NCBI GenBank assembly: GCA_022703485.1
Contig: JAKLDO010000004.1
Location: 1,636 to 65,635 of the forward strand
From: a bacterium
GTDB lineage: Bacteria > UBP6 > UBA1177
Direction: 5' to 3'
DNA length: 64,000 bases
Part shown: positions 39,361 to 47,763 of the stretch, piece after piece
Layout: the number at the start of each line of letters is the position of its first letter
Position numbering within the stretch: position 1 is the first letter of the stretch
The notes under the pieces: model-generated
Told to the model about the DNA's origin: nothing
Database searches by the model: none
Seen by the model: only the letters and a program-made list of their open reading frames with translations
Made by a program: the position numbers and the translations under genes

Positions 39361-39458
39361 TTATATCCCGTATTTTCAAAGATTTGCAATCACGACCATT
39401 GCCTTTTAAAGATCTGTGAATATAAATTCTCCTGCCTGATATTTTATGGAGGACATTG

Positions 39459-40307
39459 ATGTACAATCTTTTAAAAAGCGGAATGCTGATAATAGTCATG
39501 ACACTTCTCATGATCTTTGTCGGCGGTGTGATCGGTGGCAGAAACGGAGCTGTAATATTTTTTGTAATTTCGATGATCTTCAATCTGCTGAGCTATCTTT
39601 TCAGTCATAAGCTTGTAATAATGATGTACAGGGCGAAAAAGGCCGATCCTGAACAGTACCGCGACCTTCACATGATGCTTGAAGACATTTCCAACAAGGC
39701 TGAACTGCCAAAAATACCTGAACTTTACATTGTTCCGATGGATGTGCCCAATGCTTTTGCAACAGGAAGAAGTCCTAAAACCGCAATAGTTGCCGTTACT
39801 ACAGGACTGCTGAACTCTCTTAGAAAAGATGAAATAGCTGCGGTAATTGCTCATGAGGTCGGCCACATAAAACACTGGGATATGCTTATTTCAACGATCG
39901 TGGCATCCATGGCTTCAGCGATCATGTGGATGGCATCCATTGCAAAATGGGGAGCGATCTTCGGAGCGGGAAGGGACAGGGATGACGATAACGGCGGGAT
40001 ATTCGGCGTTCTGATAGTCGCAGTGATAGCACCTCTTGCGGCTACACTTGTACAGCTTGCAGTAAGCCGTTCAAGAGAGTATATGGCCGATGATTACAGC
40101 GCAAAGATCATGGGTTCCGGAGAACCTCTCGTAAATGCACTGCTTTCTCTTCACGGAGAGTCAAAGTATCGTAGAGAAAATGAGGAGATAACTCCTGCAA
40201 CAGCCCACATGTTCATATTTCCGTCGGGTTTCGGAGGAGGATTTTTCAAACTTTTTTCCACTCATCCTTCACTTGAGGACAGGATAAACAATCTCAGAAA
40301 ATCGTAA
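39459..40307 (+). CDS. htpX: M48 zinc metalloprotease HtpX
   Basis: Four TM segments, HEVGHIKHWD (HExxH) and C-terminal THPSLEDRINNL. ATG 39459 sits 5 nt after GGAGGA. Confidence 0.9.
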   Translation: MYNLLKSGMLIIVMTLLMIFVGGVIGGRNGAVIFFVISMIFNLLSYLFSHKLVIMMYRAKKADPEQYRDLHMMLEDISNKAELPKIPELYIVPMDVPNAFATGRSPKTAIVAVTTGLLNSLRKDEIAAVIAHEVGHIKHWDMLISTIVASMASAIMWMASIAKWGAIFGAGRDRDDDNGGIFGVLIVAVIAPLAATLVQLAVSRSREYMADDYSAKIMGSGEPLVNALLSLHGESKYRRENEEITPATAHMFIFPSGFGGGFFKLFSTHPSLEDRINNLRKS

Positions 40308-40361
40308 CTTTTCCTCCATTTCATCCGTCAAATCTCAGTACGCAGTTCAAGGAGGTTTTTT

Positions 40362-41369
40362 ATGGTGAGATTTATCATTTTTTTCACTGTGTTCCTATTT
40401 GTTCTATCATGTTCAGAAGACAGCACAAAAACAGCTGTCGATAATGAAAATAGTGACCCCGATATTCAGTCTGTGCCTGATGAATATGACAGTGACATGA
40501 ACGACAGCCTTGCTGAAGAGGAATCTGACGAAACGGAAATGCCGGAAGGGAATGATGATATTTCCGATCCTGATATTCAATCCGGAGACAGCAGTGATGA
40601 AATTCCTGATGAAACGCCTGATATCGACGATGTGAGCAATGAGCCGTGCACTTATCTTTTCGGCCGTCCGAATGAAAAAACGGGGCTCACATGGGACCAG
40701 TGCAAAGATTTTTATAATTGTGAAGGGGTGAAATTCACAGCTCCTGTTTATACTGAAGCCGATCTTGCAGTGCTGAACTCAAAGATACATCTCAATCCGC
40801 TTCCTGTGCTTACTTCAGACCCTTATGAAACTCCTGAACTTTTTCCCGAGGAACCTGAGAAAGCATGCGGTCTGATATGGGATACTGTAAATCCGGATGC
40901 ATATACTCTCGAGACTTTTAACAGCATCGAAGCAGCCGAACTTGCAGGCGCAAGAGTGACCCATACCGGTCCATGCGGACACTGTTCATCTTTGCAGAGC
41001 CTCGGAGTCTACATTTATCAGGGGGACCTCGCAACTCCTGTGAAGCAGTGTACATACGACAGCATTCTGCTCGGAGACGATTATCTTATGGAATGTCTGC
41101 AGAAGCTCGGGTTCGACGAGAACTGTGCAAAGATATGGATGTATAACGGAAAGAACACTAAAAAAGTGTGCATGTCGACCTGCCTGCCCCTCCAGAACGC
41201 CGTATATCATAATCCCGACGGTTCTCTCAATGACTGCATCCAGTGTGACGAAGATAAAAGCGGGCCTGTATTTCAGGCGGTTTCCGGCAGAACACGCCGG
41301 AATTCCGGACTTCCCACAGCACTCTGCAGGCCTTGCAGCTGGATATCCCCGATAGGTCATCATTATTAA
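40362..41369 (+). CDS. lipoprotein with acidic linker and Cys-rich C-terminal domain, hypothetical
   Basis: Lipobox FVLSC. The ~80-aa D/E/P/S linker has a repeated SDPDIQS. The globular part has about 15 Cys, including three CxxC (PCGHC, DCIQC, LCRPC). Confidence 0.65.
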   Translation: MVRFIIFFTVFLFVLSCSEDSTKTAVDNENSDPDIQSVPDEYDSDMNDSLAEEESDETEMPEGNDDISDPDIQSGDSSDEIPDETPDIDDVSNEPCTYLFGRPNEKTGLTWDQCKDFYNCEGVKFTAPVYTEADLAVLNSKIHLNPLPVLTSDPYETPELFPEEPEKACGLIWDTVNPDAYTLETFNSIEAAELAGARVTHTGPCGHCSSLQSLGVYIYQGDLATPVKQCTYDSILLGDDYLMECLQKLGFDENCAKIWMYNGKNTKKVCMSTCLPLQNAVYHNPDGSLNDCIQCDEDKSGPVFQAVSGRTRRNSGLPTALCRPCSWISPIGHHY

Positions 41370-41459
41370 CATTGCATTTTTTGTTTATTTCTTTTAAAAA
41401 ATAAAATCCTGTGTTAAAAGTCACTATATCGGTTGAATGTTTAGTTCGGGGGTTTCTAA

Positions 41460-42512
41460 GTGCAGATCGTTTTAAAGATATTCTTTTCTGTTTTATTAAT
41501 ACTTGTATTCACATCTGAAGCGCACTCCGAATGTCTTTCTCAGGAGGAATCATACACAAAATATGTTTTAAACGCTGTACTTTCAAAATCTGTTGCTGAA
41601 AATGATAAATCAATAAACTTATTAAAGAAACACCTCTTATGTTACCATGAGAAAGAAGTGTATTATAAACTTGCTGTCATATATGAATACTCTGGAAAAT
41701 ATTACCTCGCCGGCATTGCATACAAAAAGTCAGGAAAAGTTGATGAACTCAAAAGACTTGAACAGTTGAGCGCTCAATATGGAAAAGACGGTGAAAATAT
41801 GTTCAAATCTCTTTCCGCTCAGAAAGCAGCTGATTATTCAAAATCTTTCAAGGCAAAAAAAGCATGGGCGACAGCATTTAACATAATCGGGCCGGTAGCC
41901 TTTGCAACAGGGCTTTCATTATTCATTCATGATAAAGCCGGCGGCGAGAATTCACTTTCAGCCCAATATGTTCTTATGCTCGGAGGACTCACCATGGTTG
42001 GTGGCGGAACTATTCTCAATGCTCACGCAGAAAAAAACCGACTTCTATCTAAAGCATACAATTCTCTCGGAGATCAATATCCGGGATTTTACGGAACGGA
42101 TCCAGATAAATATTTTGTCCACTCAGGAATAAGCGGCAGACTGCATAAAAATTATTCAGACAAATATTTTGTAAAAGGACTTGCACTTATATTTATTGCC
42201 CTGCCCATTATTGGATTTGGAATTTACAGTTATTTTGATACTATCAAATATATTAATGAAAATGATGATAGCGAATATCCCGAACTTTTTGATCTAAGAC
42301 CTATAGGTCGGGCTTTATTTTATGTTTTTGTTCAGAGTGCAGTGTTTGTTCCTGCTGTGTGTTTCATATTTTTCGGCTCAAAAATGATGGCAGATTCTTC
42401 AAAGTGGACAAAAATGAATACTGAACCGGACATACTTACACTGACAAGTATCACCCCGATAATAAATCCTGTTTCAAAAACTTACGGACTAGCTCTGGGG
42501 TTCTCGTTTTAG
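41460..42512 (+). CDS. hypothetical membrane protein
   Basis: GTG start after GGGGG. A signal peptide and an N-terminal helical (TPR-like) region are followed by several hydrophobic helices. The C-terminus is YGLALGFSF. Confidence 0.5.
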   Translation: MQIVLKIFFSVLLILVFTSEAHSECLSQEESYTKYVLNAVLSKSVAENDKSINLLKKHLLCYHEKEVYYKLAVIYEYSGKYYLAGIAYKKSGKVDELKRLEQLSAQYGKDGENMFKSLSAQKAADYSKSFKAKKAWATAFNIIGPVAFATGLSLFIHDKAGGENSLSAQYVLMLGGLTMVGGGTILNAHAEKNRLLSKAYNSLGDQYPGFYGTDPDKYFVHSGISGRLHKNYSDKYFVKGLALIFIALPIIGFGIYSYFDTIKYINENDDSEYPELFDLRPIGRALFYVFVQSAVFVPAVCFIFFGSKMMADSSKWTKMNTEPDILTLTSITPIINPVSKTYGLALGFSF

Positions 42513-42522
42513 ATTCTATTGA

Positions 42523-44142
42523 TCAATTTCCCGGTTTCCAGTCAAATCCCCATGGTTTCTTCGGCTTTTCGGGGTTAGGTGTGTAATCAGATAATGGACA
42601 TTTTGCGGGATAAAAGTCACAATAACATTCGAGGTCTCTTACAACAAGTTCCTCTTGGCTCTGGAAAACAATAATATTGTTGTAAATGAACCCATAATCT
42701 TTATTAAACTTTAAATCAAAAGGCTCATCAAAACAAACCGTTTTTTTATCACTGAACCGGTACATACAGTAATCGTGTATATCATTTGCAGTATCTGCCG
42801 GATTTACATATCTTCTTTTTATAAGAACATATTTGTCATTTACATCGTATGAACCGAGAGCAGTATCACCTTCGCCTTCATAAATAGTTGAATATTTTAT
42901 ATTCTGTCTGTCTGTGATATCAGCAACTACTATTTTACTTCTTTTCTCACCTGTTGTTTCCTGTGAAGAGTAAATAACCATGTTTTTGTCTTTAAGAAGA
43001 GGATATCTTCCATACTCACCATCTCTTGATACTTTAAAACATCCGGCATCGCCTTTTGAAAGATCACAGAATTGGATCTGAATATCATAATCAAAATACA
43101 CAACAAAACTGTCAATCATCGAAGGATATCCTGCTCTTCTCTGGCTACCGTACAGTGTATCTTTCTTATATGTCAGTTCTTTCCACTTGTCCCACTCACC
43201 GATCTTTGTATAAAGAAGTCTCATGTCTGAAGCATCGTCTGCAAAGTGAGCACTCATGAAAAGATATGTTTCGCTTGCTCTCACATCCACAAGTTCCTGC
43301 GGAGTTTCTGCAAATTTTAAAGCATATCCATATTTGTTTTGTTCCTTGTCATAATATAGAAGATGTCTGCTCTTCGGACCATAATATGGACTGTCAGCAT
43401 AATCTGAGTCTACACGGTAATCAAAAGTGGAAACAAAATAATATTTTTTGTTCTGCCACCCATCCATATATCCTCTTCCGATTCTTTCAACTTTTCGAGT
43501 ATTTATGTCGTAGGCATAAGCCCCACCTCCCTGCCAGGAGGTTGTACCATTATCAATGTAGTACCATAATTTTCCATCAATTTCGCTGAACTGAACCGTA
43601 TTTGCGATATCACTTGTATACCATAACCCGGCCGTAAGTAATGCGTCACACTGAAACTTTCCGGCTTCTGATGCTTTTTTTGAACCCAAGTCCTCTGTTC
43701 CATTTACCATTATTGATTCAAAAGAATAGTTTTCAGAACACTGATCATAAGGTGCAGGGGTACATTCAAAACACATATCAAGTCCGCATAATTTCGACCA
43801 AAGTGCTTTTACGTCTTCAGGATCGGATGATTTGACTGGCTTGTCACCATAATAATAATATGCAATGTTCTTGTCTGAGTCTGAGTATTCCTCCCAGTAA
43901 GGATTGCCGCTCATATCAGGAAGTTCAATATCCTGTTCCCACTCATCATCCGACTCCGTTAAAACTTCGTCGGACGGGTCGTCGGACAAGTCATCAATGT
44001 CGTTATCGGTTTTGACTGAATCAATATCTGCTTCCGTATCATTCACAGCAAGATTGTCACTGTCGTTTTTCGGATTGTTCCCGTTGCAGGAAGTACATGA
44101 CCAGAAAAGAAACAGAAGCAATATGATTAATATGTTACGCAT
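42523..44142 (-). CDS. lipoprotein with acidic linker, hypothetical (possible beta-propeller)
   Basis: ATG 44142 follows GGAGGA; the ORF-track TTG at 44154 lies inside the RBS. MRNILIILLLFLFWSC is a lipobox. A ~60-aa D/E-rich linker is followed by a W/Y-rich repetitive beta-type sequence. Confidence 0.65.
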   Translation of the reverse strand: MRNILIILLLFLFWSCTSCNGNNPKNDSDNLAVNDTEADIDSVKTDNDIDDLSDDPSDEVLTESDDEWEQDIELPDMSGNPYWEEYSDSDKNIAYYYYGDKPVKSSDPEDVKALWSKLCGLDMCFECTPAPYDQCSENYSFESIMVNGTEDLGSKKASEAGKFQCDALLTAGLWYTSDIANTVQFSEIDGKLWYYIDNGTTSWQGGGAYAYDINTRKVERIGRGYMDGWQNKKYYFVSTFDYRVDSDYADSPYYGPKSRHLLYYDKEQNKYGYALKFAETPQELVDVRASETYLFMSAHFADDASDMRLLYTKIGEWDKWKELTYKKDTLYGSQRRAGYPSMIDSFVVYFDYDIQIQFCDLSKGDAGCFKVSRDGEYGRYPLLKDKNMVIYSSQETTGEKRSKIVVADITDRQNIKYSTIYEGEGDTALGSYDVNDKYVLIKRRYVNPADTANDIHDYCMYRFSDKKTVCFDEPFDLKFNKDYGFIYNNIIVFQSQEELVVRDLECYCDFYPAKCPLSDYTPNPEKPKKPWGFDWKPGN

Positions 44143-44152
44143 AAATTCCTCC

Positions 44153-44276
44153 AACTCACCCGGTCTTCGTAAACTCAGCCCACCCTCTCTTCAACGAAAA
44201 GAGGGTTAAAAGCTCCCCTTCTTTCTTCAGAGAGAAGGGGTGCGCCTTGAGTTTACCGAAAGGCGGGGGATGAGTT
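44153..44276. other. 124-nt three-way-junction element (candidate structured RNA leader or REP/MITE-like DNA)
   Basis: The closing helix pairs 44153-44177 with 44248-44276 and includes a perfect 9-bp GTAAACTCA/TGAGTTTAC. Hairpin 1 is 44182-44206 (7 bp, ACCCTCT/AGAGGGT). Hairpin 2 is 44215-44240 (11 bp with one G-U, 4-nt loop). The element abuts the SD of the minus-strand gene. Confidence 0.35.
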
Positions 44277-44330
44277 ATTTTAACAAAACGAGGTTATCAG
44301 AATCTCAAAACAGAGTCAAATCGAAACACC

Positions 44331-44362
44331 ATAGTTGAACAGTTGTTCAATTGTTCAACTAT
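44331..44362. promoter_or_regulatory. candidate operator: nested inverted and direct TGTTCAA repeats
   Basis: ATAGTTGAACA (44331-41) and TGTTCAACTAT (44352-62) form a perfect 11-bp inverted repeat. Inside it, TTGAACA-g-TTGTTCAA-TTGTTCAA gives three copies of the heptamer. Confidence 0.4.
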
Positions 44363-44510
44363 CACAAAATAGGCATTCATCACCATTTGTAGAAAACTGC
44401 ATCAGTAATTATCTGACCGTTTTGTATTATTTTTGTATAGCTTGTATTTTTGTCTGTTGTTTTTTAACATTGTGAACATATAATCCCTCCGGTTTTTATT
44501 TTTGAGGGTT

Positions 44511-46085
44511 ATGGAAAGCAGAAAGGCATATCTCATCGGCGGCGGTCTTGCATCGCTTTCAGCGGCATTCTATCTGATAAAGGATGGCGGGTTCAAAGGG
44601 ACTGACATCACTATTTTTGAAGAGCTCCATACTGCCGGAGGAAGTCTTGATGCTGTCATGCATTCAGATCACGGCGGTTATTTCATGCGCGGATTCAGGA
44701 TGCTTGAACAGTCTGTGTATTCGGCTGTGTTCGATCTGATGTCGCAGATCCCTTCTCTTGACGATCCTGAAGCGACCGTTCTTGAAGAGTTCCATGAATT
44801 CAACAGAAAAGTGAAGACTCTTGCCCTTTCAAGGCTTTTGAAAAACGGAACTGCCATAGATGCCCGTCCGTTCAGAATGACTTTTCCAGACAGATTGAGA
44901 GTACTGAAACTTCTTGCAACAGATGAAAGAAAACTCGAAAAGGTCAGCATCGACCGATATTTCTCATCTGAATTTTTTAAAAGCAATCTGTGGTATGAGT
45001 TCTCCACGACTTTTTCTTTTCAGCCGTGGCATTCAGTCGTTGAAATGAAACGGTACATTCTGAGGTTCATTCAGGATGCCCATCAGATGGATACTTCAGA
45101 ATGCATCCGCAGCACCCCTCTCAATCAGTTCGAATCAATAGTGCTTCCAGTCAAGACATGGCTTAAAGATAACGGTGTGCAATTCAGGAGAAACTCTTCT
45201 GTCACAGATATTTCCCTTGTATCCGGAAATGGAAAAATAAGAATATCCAGCATCTCTGTAAAGAACGGCAGCGCTGAAAATATCAATATCTCTAAAGATG
45301 ACACTGTTTTCATTTCCGCAGGATCGATGGTCGCTAATTTCACTGCCGGATCGATGGATGAAGCACCTGCGAACATTTCAGAAAGAACGGATAGCTCATG
45401 GGCGCTGTGGGAAAAACTTGCACAGTTCTCTCCTGAATTCGGCAGACCGTCTGTATTCAACAGCGACATTGACAGAACTAAATGGGTTTCGTTCACTCTC
45501 ACTTTGAAAGATCCTTTATTTATTGAACTGCTCGAAAAGATAACAAAGAGAAAAGCGGGAACTGAAGGACCTGTAACCATAACCGATTCCAACTGGTTCA
45601 TCTCTTTCGCCCTTCCCTATCATCCTCATTTCAAGAATCAACCTGAGAATGTCAATCTTCTGTGGGGCTACGGTCTGCGTCCGGATGAACAAGGTAATTT
45701 CGTAAAGAAGAAAATGACCGAATGCACAGGCCGGGAGATACTCACGGAGCTTCTGTATCATCTGAAATTTGAAGAACATCTTGATCATATAATCAGTTCG
45801 TCTGTCTGCATACCGTGTCTCATGCCTTACATCACAAGCCAGTTCATGCCTCGCAAACTTGGAGACAGACCTCAGATCGTTCCTGAATGTTCAGATAATT
45901 TCGCGATCATCGGACAGTTCTGTGAAATGCCTGATGACATAGTGTTCACACTTGATTATTCCGTCAGATCGGCACAGACCGCAGTCTATAAGCTCCTTAA
46001 ACTCAATAAAAGACCGACACCCATCTACAAAGGGCACCACAACCCTCTTATCCTTTTGAGAACAATAAAAACCGTTTTCAGGTAA
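44511..46085 (+). CDS. ohyA: oleate hydratase (MCRA / fatty-acid double-bond hydratase family)
   Basis: FAD motif YLIGGGLASLSAAFYLIKDG and GGSLD. The family-typical stretch is GYFMRGFRMLEQSVYSAVFDLMSQIPSLDDP. ATG 44511 follows GAGGG, with TATAAT at 44479-44484. Confidence 0.85.
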   Translation: MESRKAYLIGGGLASLSAAFYLIKDGGFKGTDITIFEELHTAGGSLDAVMHSDHGGYFMRGFRMLEQSVYSAVFDLMSQIPSLDDPEATVLEEFHEFNRKVKTLALSRLLKNGTAIDARPFRMTFPDRLRVLKLLATDERKLEKVSIDRYFSSEFFKSNLWYEFSTTFSFQPWHSVVEMKRYILRFIQDAHQMDTSECIRSTPLNQFESIVLPVKTWLKDNGVQFRRNSSVTDISLVSGNGKIRISSISVKNGSAENINISKDDTVFISAGSMVANFTAGSMDEAPANISERTDSSWALWEKLAQFSPEFGRPSVFNSDIDRTKWVSFTLTLKDPLFIELLEKITKRKAGTEGPVTITDSNWFISFALPYHPHFKNQPENVNLLWGYGLRPDEQGNFVKKKMTECTGREILTELLYHLKFEEHLDHIISSSVCIPCLMPYITSQFMPRKLGDRPQIVPECSDNFAIIGQFCEMPDDIVFTLDYSVRSAQTAVYKLLKLNKRPTPIYKGHHNPLILLRTIKTVFR

Positions 46086-46219
46086 AAATTATTTCTTCAT
46101 GAACCACTCAAAATATTTTTGGAGGTCTCCTTTAATCTGCTGTGCTGCCTTTGGAGAATGCAGAAACAGTGTTTAGAAAATTATTTAAAAACTGTGGGTG
46201 AATTTAAAAAAATGACAGT

Positions 46220-46531
46220 TTACTTCTTGGCTTTTTTGGGAGCAGCTTTCTTCGGAGCAGCTTTTTTAACTGCAACTTTTTTCGGAGCAGCTTTTTTTAC
46301 TGCAACTTTTTTCGGAGCAGCTTTCTTTGCAACAACTGCCTTTTTAGGAGCTGCTTTTTTTACTGCAACTTTCTTCGGAGCAGCTTTTTTTGCAACTGCT
46401 TTTTTAGGAGCCGCTTTTTTTACTGCAACTTTTTTCGGAGCAGCTTTCTTTGCTACTGCCTTCTTGGGAGCCGCTTTCTTAACTGCAACTTTCTTGGGTG
46501 CCGCTTTCTTTACTGTCATTTTCTTTTCCAT
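46220..46531 (-). CDS. histone H1-like Lys/Ala-rich repeat protein
   Basis: 103 aa: MEKKMTV followed by about nine 10-aa units KKAAPKK(V/A)(A/V)(V/A). GGAGAG RBS and a near-consensus promoter lie upstream. Confidence 0.8.
   Translation of the reverse strand: MEKKMTVKKAAPKKVAVKKAAPKKAVAKKAAPKKVAVKKAAPKKAVAKKAAPKKVAVKKAAPKKAVVAKKAAPKKVAVKKAAPKKVAVKKAAPKKAAPKKAKK
46223..46510 (-). repeat. 30-nt (with 60-nt super-period) coding tandem repeat
   Basis: The unit GGAGCAGCTTTTTTTACTGCAACTTTTTTC and variants are iterated about 9 times on the + strand. Confidence 0.9.
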
Positions 46532-46566
46532 TCAACTCTCCGTAAAATGTGAATAAAAGCAGATAT

Positions 46567-46595
46567 ATAATAAGCATATTGTTTTCTATAGTCAA
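46567..46595 (-). promoter_or_regulatory. candidate strong sigma70-type promoter of the histone-like gene
   Basis: On the minus strand: TTGACT, 17 nt, TATTAT, about 35 nt upstream of ATG 46531. Confidence 0.5.
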
Positions 46596-46677
46596 AAAAT
46601 AATGATACAAAATATCTAAAAATTATTGTGACGATGTTTTTGAGATAAAATTTTTATGTTTGATGAACTGCCGCGAA

Positions 46678-47763
46678 CTACTGTGCGGGCCTTACATTTA
46701 CGAGGAAGAGCTGATCGCTTGAAATAGATCCTGTGGTTATGGTTTCACCTGTCATCGGCGATTTAACTTTTCTTGTCATCGAGAGCATGCTGCCCATCTG
46801 TGCGATCATGCCTGTTCCGAAAACAAGGTTCGATGCGAACTCGGCAGGTATCGTGAACTCACCGTCATCAACAACAGTACAGCTTACGCTCACAGTTGTG
46901 TTCATGTCTTTCATTGCTGTGACCGTCATTTCAACGAACCCGTTCACAGGATCGTTCTGCGTCCATGTGAATGAAAGAGGCTGCGCCATGTCAATAACAA
47001 TGAACGGGAATCCGCTGCCGTCATCGGTCAGCGTGTGACTTGTCAACTCAAATTTCTTCTGCATGTGGAAGGTTGCAGAGAAAGGATCGAGATCGTCAGG
47101 AGTAGGATCTTCGGCATTGAGCGTGTAGTCCACATCATATGTGATAAGTGATGGATCGACACTGCCGTCACCTTCGCCGTTAAGCTTATACACCTGATCG
47201 TTCGGCTCATAAAGGAAAGTCTGCTCACCGGCCTCGAAACCTTTTATCTTTATCGGACCTACATCCAGAGATTCCCTTCCCGGAGTTGCACAATGCTCAG
47301 AATTTGCAACAGGGTTACCCTGATCATCATAATCAGGAACGCATTCCTGTTCAGGAGCGCAGTCTTCCTTTGAAGTGCATTCCGGTTCTCCCGGAGCCTC
47401 TTCACCGACAACACATGTATCAAGCATGTAGGTCGGACCTTCATAAGTCTCTTCAAGGTCCTCTCTTGCAGTTTTCATGACATAACCTACTATCATGGCC
47501 TGAGGAGAACCCATCATGTTTATATCAACGAAATTGAAGTTCACCGAATATCCGGGATCCTCAGGATCGAATTCATCGGAAACTTCTTCATCAATGTCAA
47601 CCGCTTCGTCAACCGTTTCATCAGATGTCTCGTCAGCCGCCTCGTCAGTCACTTCATCATCATTGACCGGTTCCACATCACCTTTCTGATTTGTACTGTT
47701 ATCGCAAGATACAGCAAAAAGAAGAAAAGATAGAACAATAAAAACGATCCCGTACTTTTTCAC
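46678..47763 (-). CDS. lipoprotein with acidic linker, hypothetical
   Basis: The likely start is GTG 47763 after GGAGGA, giving MKKYGIVFIVLSFLLFAVSC (lipobox). ATG 47775 and GTG 47790 are alternatives. The linker is VEPVNDDEVTDEAADETSDETVDEAVDIDEEVSDEFDPEDPG. Confidence 0.65.
   Translation of the reverse strand: MKKYGIVFIVLSFLLFAVSCDNSTNQKGDVEPVNDDEVTDEAADETSDETVDEAVDIDEEVSDEFDPEDPGYSVNFNFVDINMMGSPQAMIVGYVMKTAREDLEETYEGPTYMLDTCVVGEEAPGEPECTSKEDCAPEQECVPDYDDQGNPVANSEHCATPGRESLDVGPIKIKGFEAGEQTFLYEPNDQVYKLNGEGDGSVDPSLITYDVDYTLNAEDPTPDDLDPFSATFHMQKKFELTSHTLTDDGSGFPFIVIDMAQPLSFTWTQNDPVNGFVEMTVTAMKDMNTTVSVSCTVVDDGEFTIPAEFASNLVFGTGMIAQMGSMLSMTRKVKSPMTGETITTGSISSDQLFLVNVRPAQ

Noticed and set aside
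38793-39389. A 198-aa Ser-rich minus-strand ORF overlaps the 3' end of the Sel1 lipoprotein gene.
   Set aside because: It is the antisense of the poly-GAA/GAG (Glu) region. The poly-Ser product is a compositional artefact.
44153-44276. Identifying the three-way junction as a hammerhead ribozyme, purine riboswitch or tRNA-like element.
   Set aside because: The junction strands lack the CUGAUGA/GAAA hammerhead core and the purine-riboswitch junction consensus. There is no tRNA cloverleaf with T-loop GTTCRA. I left it as an unclassified structure.
46140-46175. An imperfect hairpin (CTGTGCTGC...GCAGAAACAG) between ohyA and the histone-like gene as a bidirectional terminator.
   Set aside because: The stem has a bulge and there is no T-run on either strand. 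The evidence is too weak.
46223-46510. The regular 30-nt periodicity could be mistaken for a CRISPR array.
   Set aside because: The repeats are contiguous with no unique spacers, they are in-frame coding sequence, and no cas genes are present.
46119-46556. A 145-aa plus-strand ORF (FFGAAF repeats) lies opposite the KKAAPKK gene.
   Set aside because: The minus strand has a consensus-like promoter, an RBS and a known protein type. The plus-strand ORF has no RBS and is just the complement of the Lys/Ala repeat. I keep a small doubt, which is listed as the refutation test for the histone-like finding.
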